Assembly (NCBI GenBank): GCA_053919585.1
Contig: CM132786.1
Source: Euprymna scolopes
Lineage: Eukaryota
Length of the DNA stretch: 63,826 bases
Strand: one strand, 5' to 3'
Shown: one piece after another, positions 51,685 to 63,826 of the stretch
Layout: each line of letters begins with the position of its first letter
Position numbering within the stretch: the stretch's first letter is position 1
Translations under genes and position numbers: made by a program
Notes under the pieces: generated by a model
Told to the model about the DNA's origin: nothing
The model's input: only the letters and a program-made list of their open reading frames with translations
Database searches by the model: none

Positions 51685-51793
51685 GGCATAATCGCGTTGA
51701 CACACCGGTTCTAGTCAGATGACCGAAGTTAAGTAACGTTGAGCCTGGTTACTATCAGATGGGTGGTCATTTGGGAGATCTAAGCGCTGTACG
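51682..51793 (+). pseudogene. 5S rRNA pseudogene (or 5S-derived SINE head)
   Basis: TACGGCATAATCGCGTTGACACACCGGTTCTAGTCAGATGACCGAAGTTAAGTAACGTTGAGCCTGGTTACTATCAGATGGGTGGTCATTTGGGA..GCTGTA is collinear with metazoan 5S rRNA, with many substitutions. Confidence 0.85.
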
Positions 51794-52329
51794 TGCTCTC
51801 CGCTTATCTGGGCATTTTTCCCGTACTTCACTTGTTACTGGCATTTAACAATGTCGACTCAGGAGAGGTGTGGTTTTATATTGCTCACGTCGTGTTAAAA
51901 CAATTTCACGAGCAAGCAACATTCTTTTGTATCCATAGTCTGTCTAAGACTGAAAGAGCCTGCACACACACACACACACACACACACGCACATATATATA
52001 TATATATATACACATATATATTGTGTTAGTAAAATGAAAAAGTATATATAATCTAGCTACAACGAGTTTTCCGCGGTTAACGTTTTTGGATACTAGTCTG
52101 TCTATTGCCTGGCGCTAGGAGACGAAAATAAAATGTGGACTAGTTTGTCCAGGTTAATAGGCATATATATTTCCATACAATCTGCATAGCTAAATTCATG
52201 CATTCAGCAGTTTTCAAGAAAAATACTGAACATCGATATATAGTATATTATATAAGTTCATATAATCTATATTGTTCTCATAATAATATGTTCTAATGCA
52301 CCTCTATTTTAGTCGGTACTGATGTAATT

Positions 52330-52670
52330 TTGACCAGCAAGGGTCACAGTGCGTTTTGTAATGGTACATACCGCAAAAGCATCGTCGATATGTCGAGCTT
52401 TTTCAGCAGTTTTTAAACCTAGCTTAAATTGAAATAAGAAAATAGTGCAAATTTATTTTCCATTTTGTATTCAACGTTCTAAAAGAAAGAATTATTGTTT
52501 TAAAAGGGTTGCAATTTATACGACTAATTTGCGCAAGAAACGCCTTTCTGAAATAGTATATTAAGTAAAGGAATTATAACGAAAATTTATTTGAAAATGT
52601 ATCCTTGTAAATCAAAATAAAGCAAATCCGTAAAAATATGTAAGAACATGCTTGCGAACTTACTATTTTG
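52330..52670 (-). mobile_element. mariner 5' fragment
   Basis: resembles 23590-23860 (ATTCAACGTTCTAAAA, transposase N-terminus on minus). Confidence 0.5.
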
Positions 52671-52759
52671 TGTATAATTGAAAACAAACATTCTTTCTCT
52701 TAGAATGTTGAATACAAAATAGAAAAAAAAACAAATCCGCACACTTTTCTAATTTTTAA

Positions 52760-53445
52760 AAATACATTATAGCACTTTTTAGGTGGAAAATTTAAAATTA
52801 GCAGAAAAAGAAATAAAACAAGAAAAGGAAAGCACTTCAAGTTGGTGAGAGGGGCGGGATATTTTTTTTTTTCCTGGAACATAGAATTTTTAAATTTTCA
52901 AAAAGTAACGCACCGTCATTTACCGATTAGAACACCATTACACATTTTTCGAAGATTTTACTGTTTACCCCTCACCCGCTCACGCCCCAACATCACATCC
53001 ACCCCCGCTCGCGCTCCCAATGTAAACAGTAAAATCTTCGAAAAATATCAAATTGTGTTCTAATCGGTAAATGTCGGTGCATTATTTACAGAAAAACGAT
53101 TAAGTAAACTGCAGAAGCATCTATTAAGCCACATAAGTTCTATAATTTAATCCCCTTCTCGAAAAAAAAACAAACGAACAGCATAAAAATGTTTGGTGCT
53201 TATGTTTTTGTAACCCGCATTAAAAACTACGTGATACAAAAAAAAAAGTTCCCCCAATTTGTTGTACCTCTCTTTAATTGTAAGTCATTAAAAAATGTCA
53301 GTCCGTAATATTTTCACCCCAAAAGTGCTATAATGTACTTTTTGAAAATTGAAAATTCTGTTCCAGGAAAAAAAAAACAATTAAATTACTCCCCTCTTCT
53401 TTTCCTTGTTTATTTCTTTTTCAGTTAATTTTAAATTTTCCCCGC
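52760..53445. repeat. nested inverted-repeat (foldback/MITE-like) structure
   Basis: ~52908-52968 pairs with ~53022-53083 around a C-rich loop; ~52785-52903 pairs with ~53340-53443. Confidence 0.75.
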
Positions 53446-54379
53446 GGAAGATTGGCCCGCCATGTGAGAAAGCAGTTTGCTAGGTGAAGCAAGCCATCGT
53501 TTATGCAGCCGCGCGCACGCGCATAGCGTAGACGGAAGCTGTAAAATGGCGGAAATAGTTCGTGGCTTCAGGGGTTAATACCATGCAAACGTTAAATTTG
53601 CCCCGGGTTTGATTATCAGATTTGTTTTTAGCGACCTCGATTACCCTTTAAAAAATTAGAGTGGTTGGGGTTCTGTTGTAACGTATCTGAATATTTACCA
53701 TTTACTTTTGCAATATGCATGAGTCATTTTACCAACTTAGCACGTCAAAGCGAAACCAATTTTTACGCTATCAAGATGGATTGGCGAAATAAAACCCAAA
53801 CCCCGCAAAATTACCCCGCCATCGCCGCATCAGAGAGTGTGCAGAGTAAGTTTTGGGAAGTTCGAGAGTTGAATCGAGTTAGAACTGGACACCCGTACAC
53901 CCAAGCTACACCCATCACTAACGGAATAAGAGCGAGGAAGAGGAAATTGAAAGGAAAACGCAGACCCAATCGGACGTTTCCAAATGTTTTTTTTTTATGA
54001 GCGAACGGAAACTAAGAAAAATCGTACATTGTTTTTTGGTATCTGCAAAATACAAATAAATCAATTAAGAGCTTATTTAAAAAGTAATCTTTACAAAAAC
54101 ACGTATTTATAGCTGGGGTTATTTTATTTGTTGCATACGGAATTTGTTACTCGAATAACTATCTACTGCCACCTATTTTGGTTAATTTATTTCAATAGAC
54201 AGCAAGCAGGAGTAAAATACAGCTGCGACCGCTGACCCGGTCGAAGGCGCAATACTCATGATCGTATTCCCTCCGAGAGTTATTTACTGGATTTTTACGC
54301 TGAAAATAATTAGCTTCTCATGCAAGCCCAAAAGAAGACAAACTCGGGTGTCACTATTCTACTCAATTTAATTCAACGA

Positions 54380-56390
54380 AATTTACAAAGCGTCTTCACA
54401 TATGTACAGTTGTTCGGTTCGGTCTCATTAAAGAAACGGTTTTAAATCTTATTTCTCGTGATATACAGAGGCGGCGGTCGAGGAGGTGGGCGTATCTTTG
54501 GTTAGAGTTAACTTCCCTCGAGATCCAGCTCAATCTGATATTTTTGGCTCTGATATTTTTGGCTCTGATATTTCGATGAAAGGGTTCGTTCGGAGTAAGC
54601 CGTCATGCCAACCACCGATAAATATGTAATTTCAGGGGCTGCACCGATGCTTTGCACGGCCTGAGAACTTGTAATCACATCTTAGCCCCGTTCACACGAT
54701 CAGAGGGGTTGACACTATGATCCTCGGCCTGGCCTTGTACTCAGAACCCAGATGTCCTTCAGTTGGGTTTCGCGAGACTGAGAACGAAAGTATATTTCGT
54801 TTGACTTTCAAAATGGCATCACTTGCCATTTTTCACAAACGATGGAAAAATATGACTGTTTAACGAAAACAATAATATCATAAGTTAATTCTTTTTTGTC
54901 AGCCGGGTTACCTGCCGCTGTCCAAGCACGTAATATGCTTACCAGTTAATACGGCCTTATTCAGTGTTTGAGAGGGTCTTAAGCTTCCTTAAGTGAGAGT
55001 TTTACCGCTCCTAAAGGAGGTCACGCCACACAGCAAGCTTAAGGACGGTCGAGACTGTTTCCTTTGGCACTCATATTTCACTGCAAACTTTAAGTTGTCC
55101 AGTTTTTCTCCAATTTTTTTATATCTTTTTCCTATGGACTACTCGTGAAGCAAGGACCAGACAGCAATTGAGCATCAACCCCGTATAAGCGATAAAGACC
55201 AAACTACTGAAGTTAGTTAGGTTTTACGAAATCTAAAATTCCTAGCACTATACGTTTGCAGCTGTAAACACTACAGTACTCACTGTGTTATAACGGTGTC
55301 CGTTGACCTGGATGTGATCCAGGGAACTCCATAAATTCTGTGTTTACCCTGTTATGTTTGGTTGCCTTATGACCAGATGTCACTCTGTGTTAAGAACGAT
55401 CACGAACTTTTGTGGCGTTTAACATACGCTAATACGGTTTCAATACAAAAACACAGTAATATGCACTCTTTCTCTATATGTTCTCTACAATATACGCACG
55501 CAGATATAAATAAAACACAGCATACCACTTGCAGTTTCACATTAAAAGCTCGAGTAATGTTTTGAAAAAAATGAAGCTTGATTTGACGAGTAATGTCTGT
55601 TATTAATTAGTAATTGAATAAATGGGAGCCTAGTGCACAGGCGGCAACAGAGGTTATTGATAACGATTTCAGAGTGTCGGATGGATGGTTGCAGATTGTC
55701 AGTGAGAGACTGATTTTTTCGGGCGGAGTGAACTCACGGTTTATCAAACGGAAACTTAAAGAACCCCGTCGATTGCATAGGAGAAGCTACGGTCATCACA
55801 AGTAACAGAGTTATTCCGTGAGAGGATTGAGTGTACGCGGTCAGGTGGTTGTTCATGCTCGTGCCGCGGGCTAGAGAGGTGTGAACTGGTGGCTATGATT
55901 TCGATTTTAGCAGGGATGGCATTTCCACACTTTGGAAAAGCCTTGGTGGACGGAGGCATTAAAGTAGAGGTCACCAAAAGCAGTCCGCTGAAATTGGCAC
56001 GGTTCCAAGAGATTATGTAGAAGGGCGGCAACGTGCTGAGAAGTCATGACCAAGAATGGTCGATAAAATCCTTCTGTGCACAATGTCAAAACCATGGAAA
56101 TCTGGGAAAAAAGCCTTGGAATCTGAAATCGATCTATCTGAATTGCGGTGTGTTCGGCAACACACTCGGCTAAGCAGTAAACTAACGCGATAGATGGCAG
56201 ATTGGCGATTAAAAAGTGAGATAACATGATGTTCCAGAATCTCTTAAATGGCAAGGTTCAAGGAACCAACACCGCTCCAACCCAAGAATGGAGATATTGA
56301 AATGGGCGGAGCAGATGGTTGAATAAACAGTGGACCAGAATCAGTGAAACCGCCGACCCTGTGGAAGTCTTAAAGTGATTGATGTAATTT
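54380..56390 (-). mobile_element. decayed LINE (RT region), interrupted at ~55380-55620
   Basis: higher GC; minus-strand traces such as RPISVPI (RPISLT motif), VINNL and CSIAVW; no intact ORF. Confidence 0.55.
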
Positions 56391-56394
56391 TGTA

Positions 56395-56462
<68 letters not shown>

Positions 56463-56465
<3 letters not shown>

Positions 56466-57213
56466 TTGCAAAAGTGCCCGTCATTGCCTGGGTTCAAAAA
56501 CAGCCTACACAAAATGCACTCCGATTTATGAAAATATGATAAGTTATGAAAAGAAAGGTTTGTAAAGAGATAGTTTCGAATTTGGGGGTATCAAAACCAA
56601 AGCAAAATATGATGAAAGTAAAAACAAAATAGATACACCCCATAATTTATTATACCATACGTGTCCACACTGAAAAACTTATCACAATATTCTCTATATT
56701 ATATATCACAATATACTCTATATTAAAACATCTTTTTAAACTGTGTGACATATTTACATTCTATGGAGGCCAGGAGCGAACGACCACCCCATAATTCTAT
56801 TATATCATATTTCTTCAAAATGAAACATAATTATCAAATTATACTTACACAGATAGGTATGAAAAGTCTTTATTAAAGTTTGTGCCTATTTCCATTCCAT
56901 TGAGGCCAGGGGCTAACGCAGACCCCACAATTTTATTATACCCTCCCTTTTGAAGTTAAAACATACCTATCAAATTATTCTTATGTACATCTATATCAAA
57001 AACACTTGTAAAGGTTTTTTTTTTAATTTATAATTTTTTTTATTTCCATACTTTTTGGACCAAGCGCAAACGCACACCCCACAATTTTAATTAACCACCG
57101 TTCTGCCAGATCAAAGATACCGATTCGTCTGTCTCGATACATCTTCTATCGTTATATGTAATCAGTTTTTTTTTTTTTAAATAGTCAACACTATAGGAGC
57201 CTATTCGTGACCA
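56463..57213 (-). mobile_element. Helitron-like element with internal ~135-155 bp tandem repeats
   Basis: TACTTGCAAAAGTGCCCGTCATTGCCTGGGT terminus beside (TA)n; CCCCA(T/C)AATT..ATTA unit at ~56638, 56788, 56923, 57077. Confidence 0.5.
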
Positions 57214-57349
57214 NNNNNNNNNNNNNNNNNNNNNNNNNNNNNNNNNNNNNNNNNNNNNNNNNNNNNNNNNNNNNNNNNNNNNNNNNNNNNNNNNNNNNNN
57301 NNNNNNNNNNNNNNNNNNNNNNNNNNNNNNNNNNNNNNNNNNNNNNTTT

Positions 57350-58480
57350 CGTTCTTACGGATTAATTAAAAGCATTTAACCTGAGGAATATAGTCCGTTA
57401 TGGTCGATAATTTCCTCGCAAGGAAAAGGTGTAATGATGTAGAAATTTATAATTTCAAAATTAAATTAAAAAACGGTGAAAATCATTTGGAAACATTTAA
57501 ACTCATATTTTTAAAATTGAATTGTAAAAATGTTAAAAATAAGTTGGAGACATTTGAAGAGAGAGAATAAAATACTATTAAACTTAAAAGTAAATAGTTG
57601 TGAAAAGAGATTATTTAGATAAAAATGGAGAAAGATATATAATTTACACCAATTCTTTGAGAAAAGGAAAGCGCCGGTGTTGGTGTTGTTTTGAATTTTT
57701 ATAATGCATCCAGATAAGGATATGGCCTTATCAATTTTTTAGGTATTTTTGTCACGTTCTCCGCTTTAGTTATAGTTGAGTTGACCTGCTGATACGGATG
57801 TTAATTGATATTTTGTAACAGCTGGATTTAACAACAGAAATAGATTAGATTTTAGGAATTTGCACGTTACACGCAAACAATCTCAGCCATCACTGTGAAT
57901 TGTTTATAAAAGAAGAAAGGAAAAAAAGAAGAAGAAACAGTTAGCAAAAAATAAATGAAGGAAAATAGTGTCTTGCTGAAAGGTACGCGGGTAAGATTAT
58001 CATTTGCACCTGTCAATATTGTTTGGACGGCTCCTGGAGCTTAATTCTCTTCTTTAAAAAAATGTGATACTAAGTTTTGAATTCCGAGTTGATAGATTGA
58101 CACGCACACAACAAGACATACAACCAGAACGGTGGTCGACGGTAGGGTCTTGAGTCGGGTCGTTTATGCTCTTCGCCTGAGTTGCGTCCCAGTGTTAGCG
58201 ATAGAACGCGCACCGGCCTGGGTGTCTCTATCAGCGATCAATCCAGTACTTAAAGTGTCTGCAGTTTGCGGGTACTAAGTAGTAAAATAATAGAAGAAAA
58301 CAAAATAATCTCTAGACGTACTTGGGAGTCTAACCGTCATTAGTGACTTTTAAAATCGAGCTTCTAGCTCAGAAAGAGAAGCTGATATATTCAACTCCGG
58401 AACCCTTAGAAAAATTGATCGACTGTTGCGAGGGAAAAATTGGTAAGTAAGATGAGATTAGAGGCTCTCGATATTTTTAA
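57350..58480 (-). mobile_element. possible 5' part of a LINE (ORF1/endonuclease remnants)
   Basis: minus-strand LFACNVQ-like EN start and GC-richer upstream segment; heavily decayed. Confidence 0.35.
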
Positions 58481-58889
58481 GGACGGAGATTATGAAAAAA
58501 ATGAAAAAAATGTTAATAATAGAGAAGAAATTTTTTCAATAAATAATCTTTAAAAAAAAAATATTCACCAATGGAGTTTTTTTTATTTGTTGCACGCGGA
58601 TTTGTGACTCAAATAAGCAATAAATGCTATCTGCTTTAGTTGATTACTTTCAGAAGACATCAACCCAAACGACACTCATATTTTCCTATATACTTTTACT
58701 TGTTTACTTTTTTTGTTCAATACTTGATTTAATATTTATTACTAGATTCTTTGGTCTTATGAACCACTAGTGAAGCAAGAAATAACAGGAATTGCGAATA
58801 AACTCCGTCATCATATAAGCGAAAAAGAATACGCTATTCAACATTCCTGGTGGTCTAACATCGGTACTACCTATAACTAATATTATGTG

Positions 58890-59857
58890 CCGGTTAATAC
58901 TTGAATATTCACTATATAATACACATCCCATTGGTGATTTAAAAATGTCATTGTGCAACGACAGTCTTGAAGAGGATGGCCGTAGTGGTCGGCAAACGGA
59001 TGCTGATAACAATTCAGAACCTTATTCGAGGTCAACCAACGCACAACTTTTCGAGAACTTGCTTCTGAATTAGGCTTAACATATACGGCCAGTTTTCATT
59101 TAATTATTAGAAAAATATTCGAAAGACCAATAAACCTTGATAAATGGTGCATTATGCATTGAATGGCAACAAAAAAAAAACGCCGTTATGATGTGTTATT
59201 TCAACTTCTTTGCGCGAGAAGAATAGCCCGTTTTACCCTGCTAGGAAAAGTGAGTTGTTTACTAAAACCAGTGGCACCCAGCTTAGTGGTTAGAAACTGA
59301 CGACACATCCCGAAAAAAGAGTTGCTTACTGTTTGCTGGTTTACTGCCGGTCTCATTAATTATAGTTTCTTTTGTAATTAAGACAAACCATTACGGCGAA
59401 GTTCTGTCAACAAATTGCTCAAATATATAAAAAAAAATTGACAACAACACTCGGCATTAGTAATCCAAAATGGCCCAATGTTTTTCCACAACAATGACCA
59501 ACCGATCGTTGCTAATCTGACCGTGCAAAAGCTGGACGAATTAGGCTGCGAAACTCTGCTTTTTTCAACGAGTCGTTCAAGCGTCTCGTCTATCGACCAC
59601 CACTTTTTCAAGCATCTGTAAATTTTGTGCGTAAGAAATGTTTAAAAAAACCAAAGCGATATCAAACACACTTCAATCGACTTCAACACCACCAGAACGC
59701 AAGATTGTACCTTACATACATGAATATAATTGTGTTGTGTTGGTGAAATGTGTGGATTCTGATGCCGTTTGTTTGAATCAATAAGTTTTTGTGTGGTTGA
59801 GATAAGCGCATCTGAATTTAAAAGTTAAAACCCACAAGATATTCCTTGTCAACCTAA
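58890..59857 (+). mobile_element. decayed mariner transposon
   Basis: DSLEEDGRSGRQT, GPMFFHNNDQP (HDNARP) and DHHFFKHL motifs; 3' TIR ...GTCAACCTAA. Confidence 0.85.
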
Positions 59858-61419
59858 CATGTTATTTCTNNNNNNNNNNNNNNNNNNNNNNNNNNNNNNN
59901 NNNNNNNNNNNNNNNNNNNNNNNNNNNNNNNNNNNNNNNNNNNNNNNNNNNNNNNNNNNNNNNNNNNNNNNNNNNNNNNNNNNNNNNNNNNNNNNNNNNN
60001 NNNNNNNNNNNNNNNNNNNNNNNNNNNNNNNNNNNNNNNNNNNNNNACATACTTTTTACTCTAGGTTTGAATAGCTACAAAGTCGCAAATGATAGCATCT
60101 ACAAGAGCGAGGTTTTGTGCTCAAAAACTTTTTTCTACATAGTTACTATAATTCACAATGCTCCCATGCAAACAATGAACGATGGCTTTTCATGCCTCTT
60201 CTGTAGCAATTTGTCACTAAAGAGTCGTTACAAATGTACGCCTCTTATACTTTTTGTTTGTTTTTAACTGAGTTTAAGATCTACGATGATAAGAGTGATA
60301 ATATTAAAACGGGGCAACTTTTTACTATAAAGTTATTTTTGTACACAATCACTACTCTTCATGATGTATTTTTATCAGGAATTCAATGATTTATGTTTGT
60401 GCGTTACGCACGGCTATGAGAAGGTTTGCTTTTGGAGAACCTCCCAACGTTAATGCCTACAACAAGGAAATGAAATTTTTAAATTACAAATGCAGTTTTG
60501 TAATCATAACGAAATTAGAATTCACCTCATATCTATTGGGGCTTTGTGAAAATAAGTAGTATTACCTTTAGAACACTCTTGTACTTGCAATGCACACAGG
60601 CAGCAAACCAGTTTGAGGGTATTTATCTAATTAATATACAATAGTTTTCTGTGAAATTCCACTTCACCTGTTTTCAAATAATTCGACGATGTAGATGCAA
60701 TAATAGTGCTTATATACAATTAGCTTTTCGAATAAAATCGTTCAATACTTTATGAAGTATACTATACAACTGATTATATCCGCTGGAAAAAAGTATTTTT
60801 CTAGGTTGAAATTCAGCGTTGGAAGAATTATAATATCTCGGTCTACAAGTAGTTAGTTTTTTCCCACTCAGTTCTTCCACTAACAAAGTCTGATTATTCT
60901 ATGTGCAAATTTATGCTATGTCTATATTATGCCATTTGCAGATATATACTGGGTAGTTGTTGAATACTAAACCTTGTCCTAATAAAATATGACATTTCTA
61001 AATCAATACAAATAAACCATCTTATTATTAATTTCTCAAGCACATATTAACGGCATTCATAGTTAGCCTTTTTAGTATACTATATCGTAGGTTGAAAAAA
61101 ACCCAAAGTTTTTACTGATCTGACAACGTTCAAATCTAAGCGTGTCTAATTAATGCCAATTAATAGTATACAGTTTTATTTGTCACATAATCTTATTTTC
61201 AAAACAATGAATTCAGTAGATACTTAATTATTTAATGAGTGTTGTATTTGCTCAGTTCAAAAGGTAGTTTTCTTTAATATTAACGTGCATGTGAGTTTAT
61301 GTTGTTATGTTGTTTTATATATGTTATGGGTGTATCTATCGGGTTTATGCACAAAAATATGTAAGTAAATATCTATTGAAAGAACATAATATGTTCTAGT
61401 CAATGTAAAGTGAACCTTC

Positions 61420-61693
61420 GTAATGGGGGGTCAACTCAAACACACGAAAAAGGATTATAATTTCAGAAAGTATATCCACTCCCGTTGCGCCTACTCTCCT
61501 GACAGATCTGGAATCCCTCAGCACCGAGAAATGAAGCTCGTTCTGTAGTTTCCAGCTTCATGCGCACACGAGATTATGCGAGAACGCACGTAATAAAATG
61601 CTGGCCGACATCTTTGTTTTTTCTTTTATCGGTCTAAACTCACTCGTTGAACACCCACGGTAAGACTTGTTTTTTTCTTAGCTTCTAACCACA
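61420..61693 (-). repeat. 3' LTR of the gypsy-like element
   Basis: purine-rich GAGATCAGGGAAGCA directly after the ORF stop, then TGTGGTTAG...; far end ...CCCCCCATTAC approximate. Confidence 0.55.
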
Positions 61694-61712
61694 TGCTTCC
61701 CTGATCTCAAGA

Positions 61713-63826
61713 TCATATTTCGTAGTCTCTCATCCACTGTGGCGGTCGACTCTCTCTATTCGGCCTCTGAGGTGTCTCGTCCTCCTCCTGTTGCTGCACA
61801 TTCCCCTCCATTGCTTCGCCTTCCACTGGTCTTATGTCGAGAATATGCCTCGGTACTGCGTCCACCACAATATTGTTTCTGGTGTTCCTCCCAGTCACGC
61901 GATCTCTACTCCATTGTGTGGTGCAGCACGACCCCCGTGGCTTCGACCATACCTCATCCCCGAGTTTAATGGTCCATGTGGCCTCTGCCTCTCTGCTTGC
62001 CGGATCAACCCTGGGATGTCTCCAGGAATATGCGAATGTTGACAGTTGCGGAACCGTCTCTGGCACTTACCCCAATCTAGGCGACATATTATACTAGTAG
62101 ATGACTTGCTCAGATAAGTTGCCTCCTCTTTCCGCAACTGTCTTTTTGGTGTGGTGGTTTCTCTCCACGATCCCGTTTCCACTGAGTCTGTAGGCAGCTC
62201 TGAAAATTTTTTTAAATATTCCACCTCCTCATTACTTCCGTCACTGCTACTTACTTGAATGCGCTCCCGTTTTCGGTTAACAACTCTTCCACGGGACCTC
62301 GATCCAAAAACACCTCATCGAGGATGGCCGCTATTTCATTGGCTGTTCCTCCTCGTAGCTTCTTCAATAGAGCAACACGCAGTCAATCATGGTCAGGTAA
62401 AGTCCATCCTGTAATGGATGACATCGCATGCCAGTCTCTCCCAGGTCCCACCTACCCCCAATTGACCAGCTTCATGCGTGGTTGGAGCAGGATCAATCGA
62501 CTGACATCTGTCACATGTCCTGACCACTTCCCTCACTTGCTCCTGACACTCGGGTCGACTTTATTCACCAAGTACCACGCCCCATCCACCCCAATATGCT
62601 TCGGATATTGCAGCTCTCGCACGTCAATCCGATGCAGCAACAACATCTTTCTTTGGCAAAAGCCAACTCTTCTTCTCTCTCGTGAGAGCATCTACTCGGT
62701 TCTTCTCAGAAGCCGCCATGTCTACGGGAAGCTCCAAACAAAACTCCTGCATCAGCTACGCTTGCATCCCAAGCCTGCGCTTCACTAAAATCCCCTTTCA
62801 TTCTTATCCTTTATCCGGGGCAGATTCTTTTTTGATGCAGATGTCACGCAGTCCCCATTTCAAGGCCATATTGAGCACTTTGATTACCGCATCTAATTCC
62901 ACTACATTGATGTGGCTGGCATCATTTTTCTTCCTTAACCAGGCCGCATCTTCTGCAACCACTCCTCCAATTTCCAAAACGACCCCTGTTGCAAGCTGCT
63001 TGCATAAGACCACACGACTCCATCCAATGTTCGCGGTACGTTCCAGGTTCCCCGGACTGGATCTTGGCGTTCTGCTTCGTTCACGAGCTCTTCCCCATGG
63101 CGACCGTTCTTCCTCACACTTTATCATTCCATCCTTTTCCTTCTACATGCCCCTTTAGGTAGCTGCATGCTGGTCTAATCCAGCTAGCAACGGGGTAATG
63201 TCCGATACATTCCTGCATAGGGGAAAAGGCTCCTGTCTATTGAACTGTTGCTTCAGTTGCGGGATGTCGTTCCCCCCTGCGTTAATCCAGGCTGCCCGAC
63301 GCACCTCGTTTCACCCTTAGCCCCAAAGCAGCTCCTCCGTTTAATTTTTCAGGCTCTTTGGTGACCAACCCAAACCTCATCAAATGAGCCACCACCTCCT
63401 TGGCAGTTACCAGATTCTCATTCACCAGAATATCGTCTATGTATGAGATCACTGCCCAATCTCCTTTTCCTATTATCTCCAGAATCTTCCTGAGGATAGT
63501 CGACATGATCTTCGGTACCGACTTCAACCCGAACGCCACTCGCGTAAGGCAGTAGGTGTTGCCTTTGTACCTGACTAACATGTATTTCCAGAACTTCTTG
63601 GCGATGTTGAGTTGCAAATAGGCAGATTTTAGATCTACCAACGTAGACGCGCCATTCATCCGCCTCCATTCTCTAATGGTCTCACTGCACACATCTACGG
63701 TTTCACCTCCAGTATGGCACTTAACATGTTGGGTCAGCTCTCGGAAATCCAGGACCGGTCTTACTTTCCGTTTAGTTGGTTGTAGAACGGCCATCAACGA
63801 CAAAATGCCCGACTCAACGTCATCTA
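61713..63826 (-). mobile_element. Ty3/gypsy-like LTR retrotransposon pol remnant (RT, RNase H, deleted integrase), runs off the window
   Basis: VRPVLDFREL, VDLKSAYLQ, RVAFGL, SYIDDILV (63282-63803); RNase H ASSL/ATGVVLE..HINVVELDAV; frameshifted C-terminal pieces. Confidence 0.9.

Noticed and set aside
62255-63158. Plus-strand ORFs of 177 and 158 aa
   Set aside because: Antisense shadows of the gypsy-like pol region

Overview
AT-rich, microsatellite-laden invertebrate (metazoan-like) nuclear DNA with 16 short N-runs and no intact cellular gene that I can recognise. It is mostly decayed mobile elements: CR1/L2-group LINEs, Penelope-like elements (PLEs), mariner remnants and a MADE1-like MITE, non-autonomous Helitrons/Helentrons, and a Ty3/gypsy-like LTR element. 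It also has two satellite arrays, U2 and 5S RNA pseudogenes, a probable decayed multi-kringle gene, and one young Tc1 element whose 340-aa ORF is intact but carries D153N. The most striking unexplained signal is roughly 15 type-I hammerhead-ribozyme (HHR) motifs in several families. Two of these families fuse a tRNA-derived Pol III head (tRNA-Asp(GTC) or tRNA-Ala(AGC)) directly to the hammerhead. They occur as ~300-320 bp head-to-tail or inverted units beside (TA)n microsatellites, and look like tRNA-promoted, self-cleaving retrozyme-like elements plausibly mobilised by the co-resident PLEs. All calls are by eye and boundaries of decayed elements are approximate.
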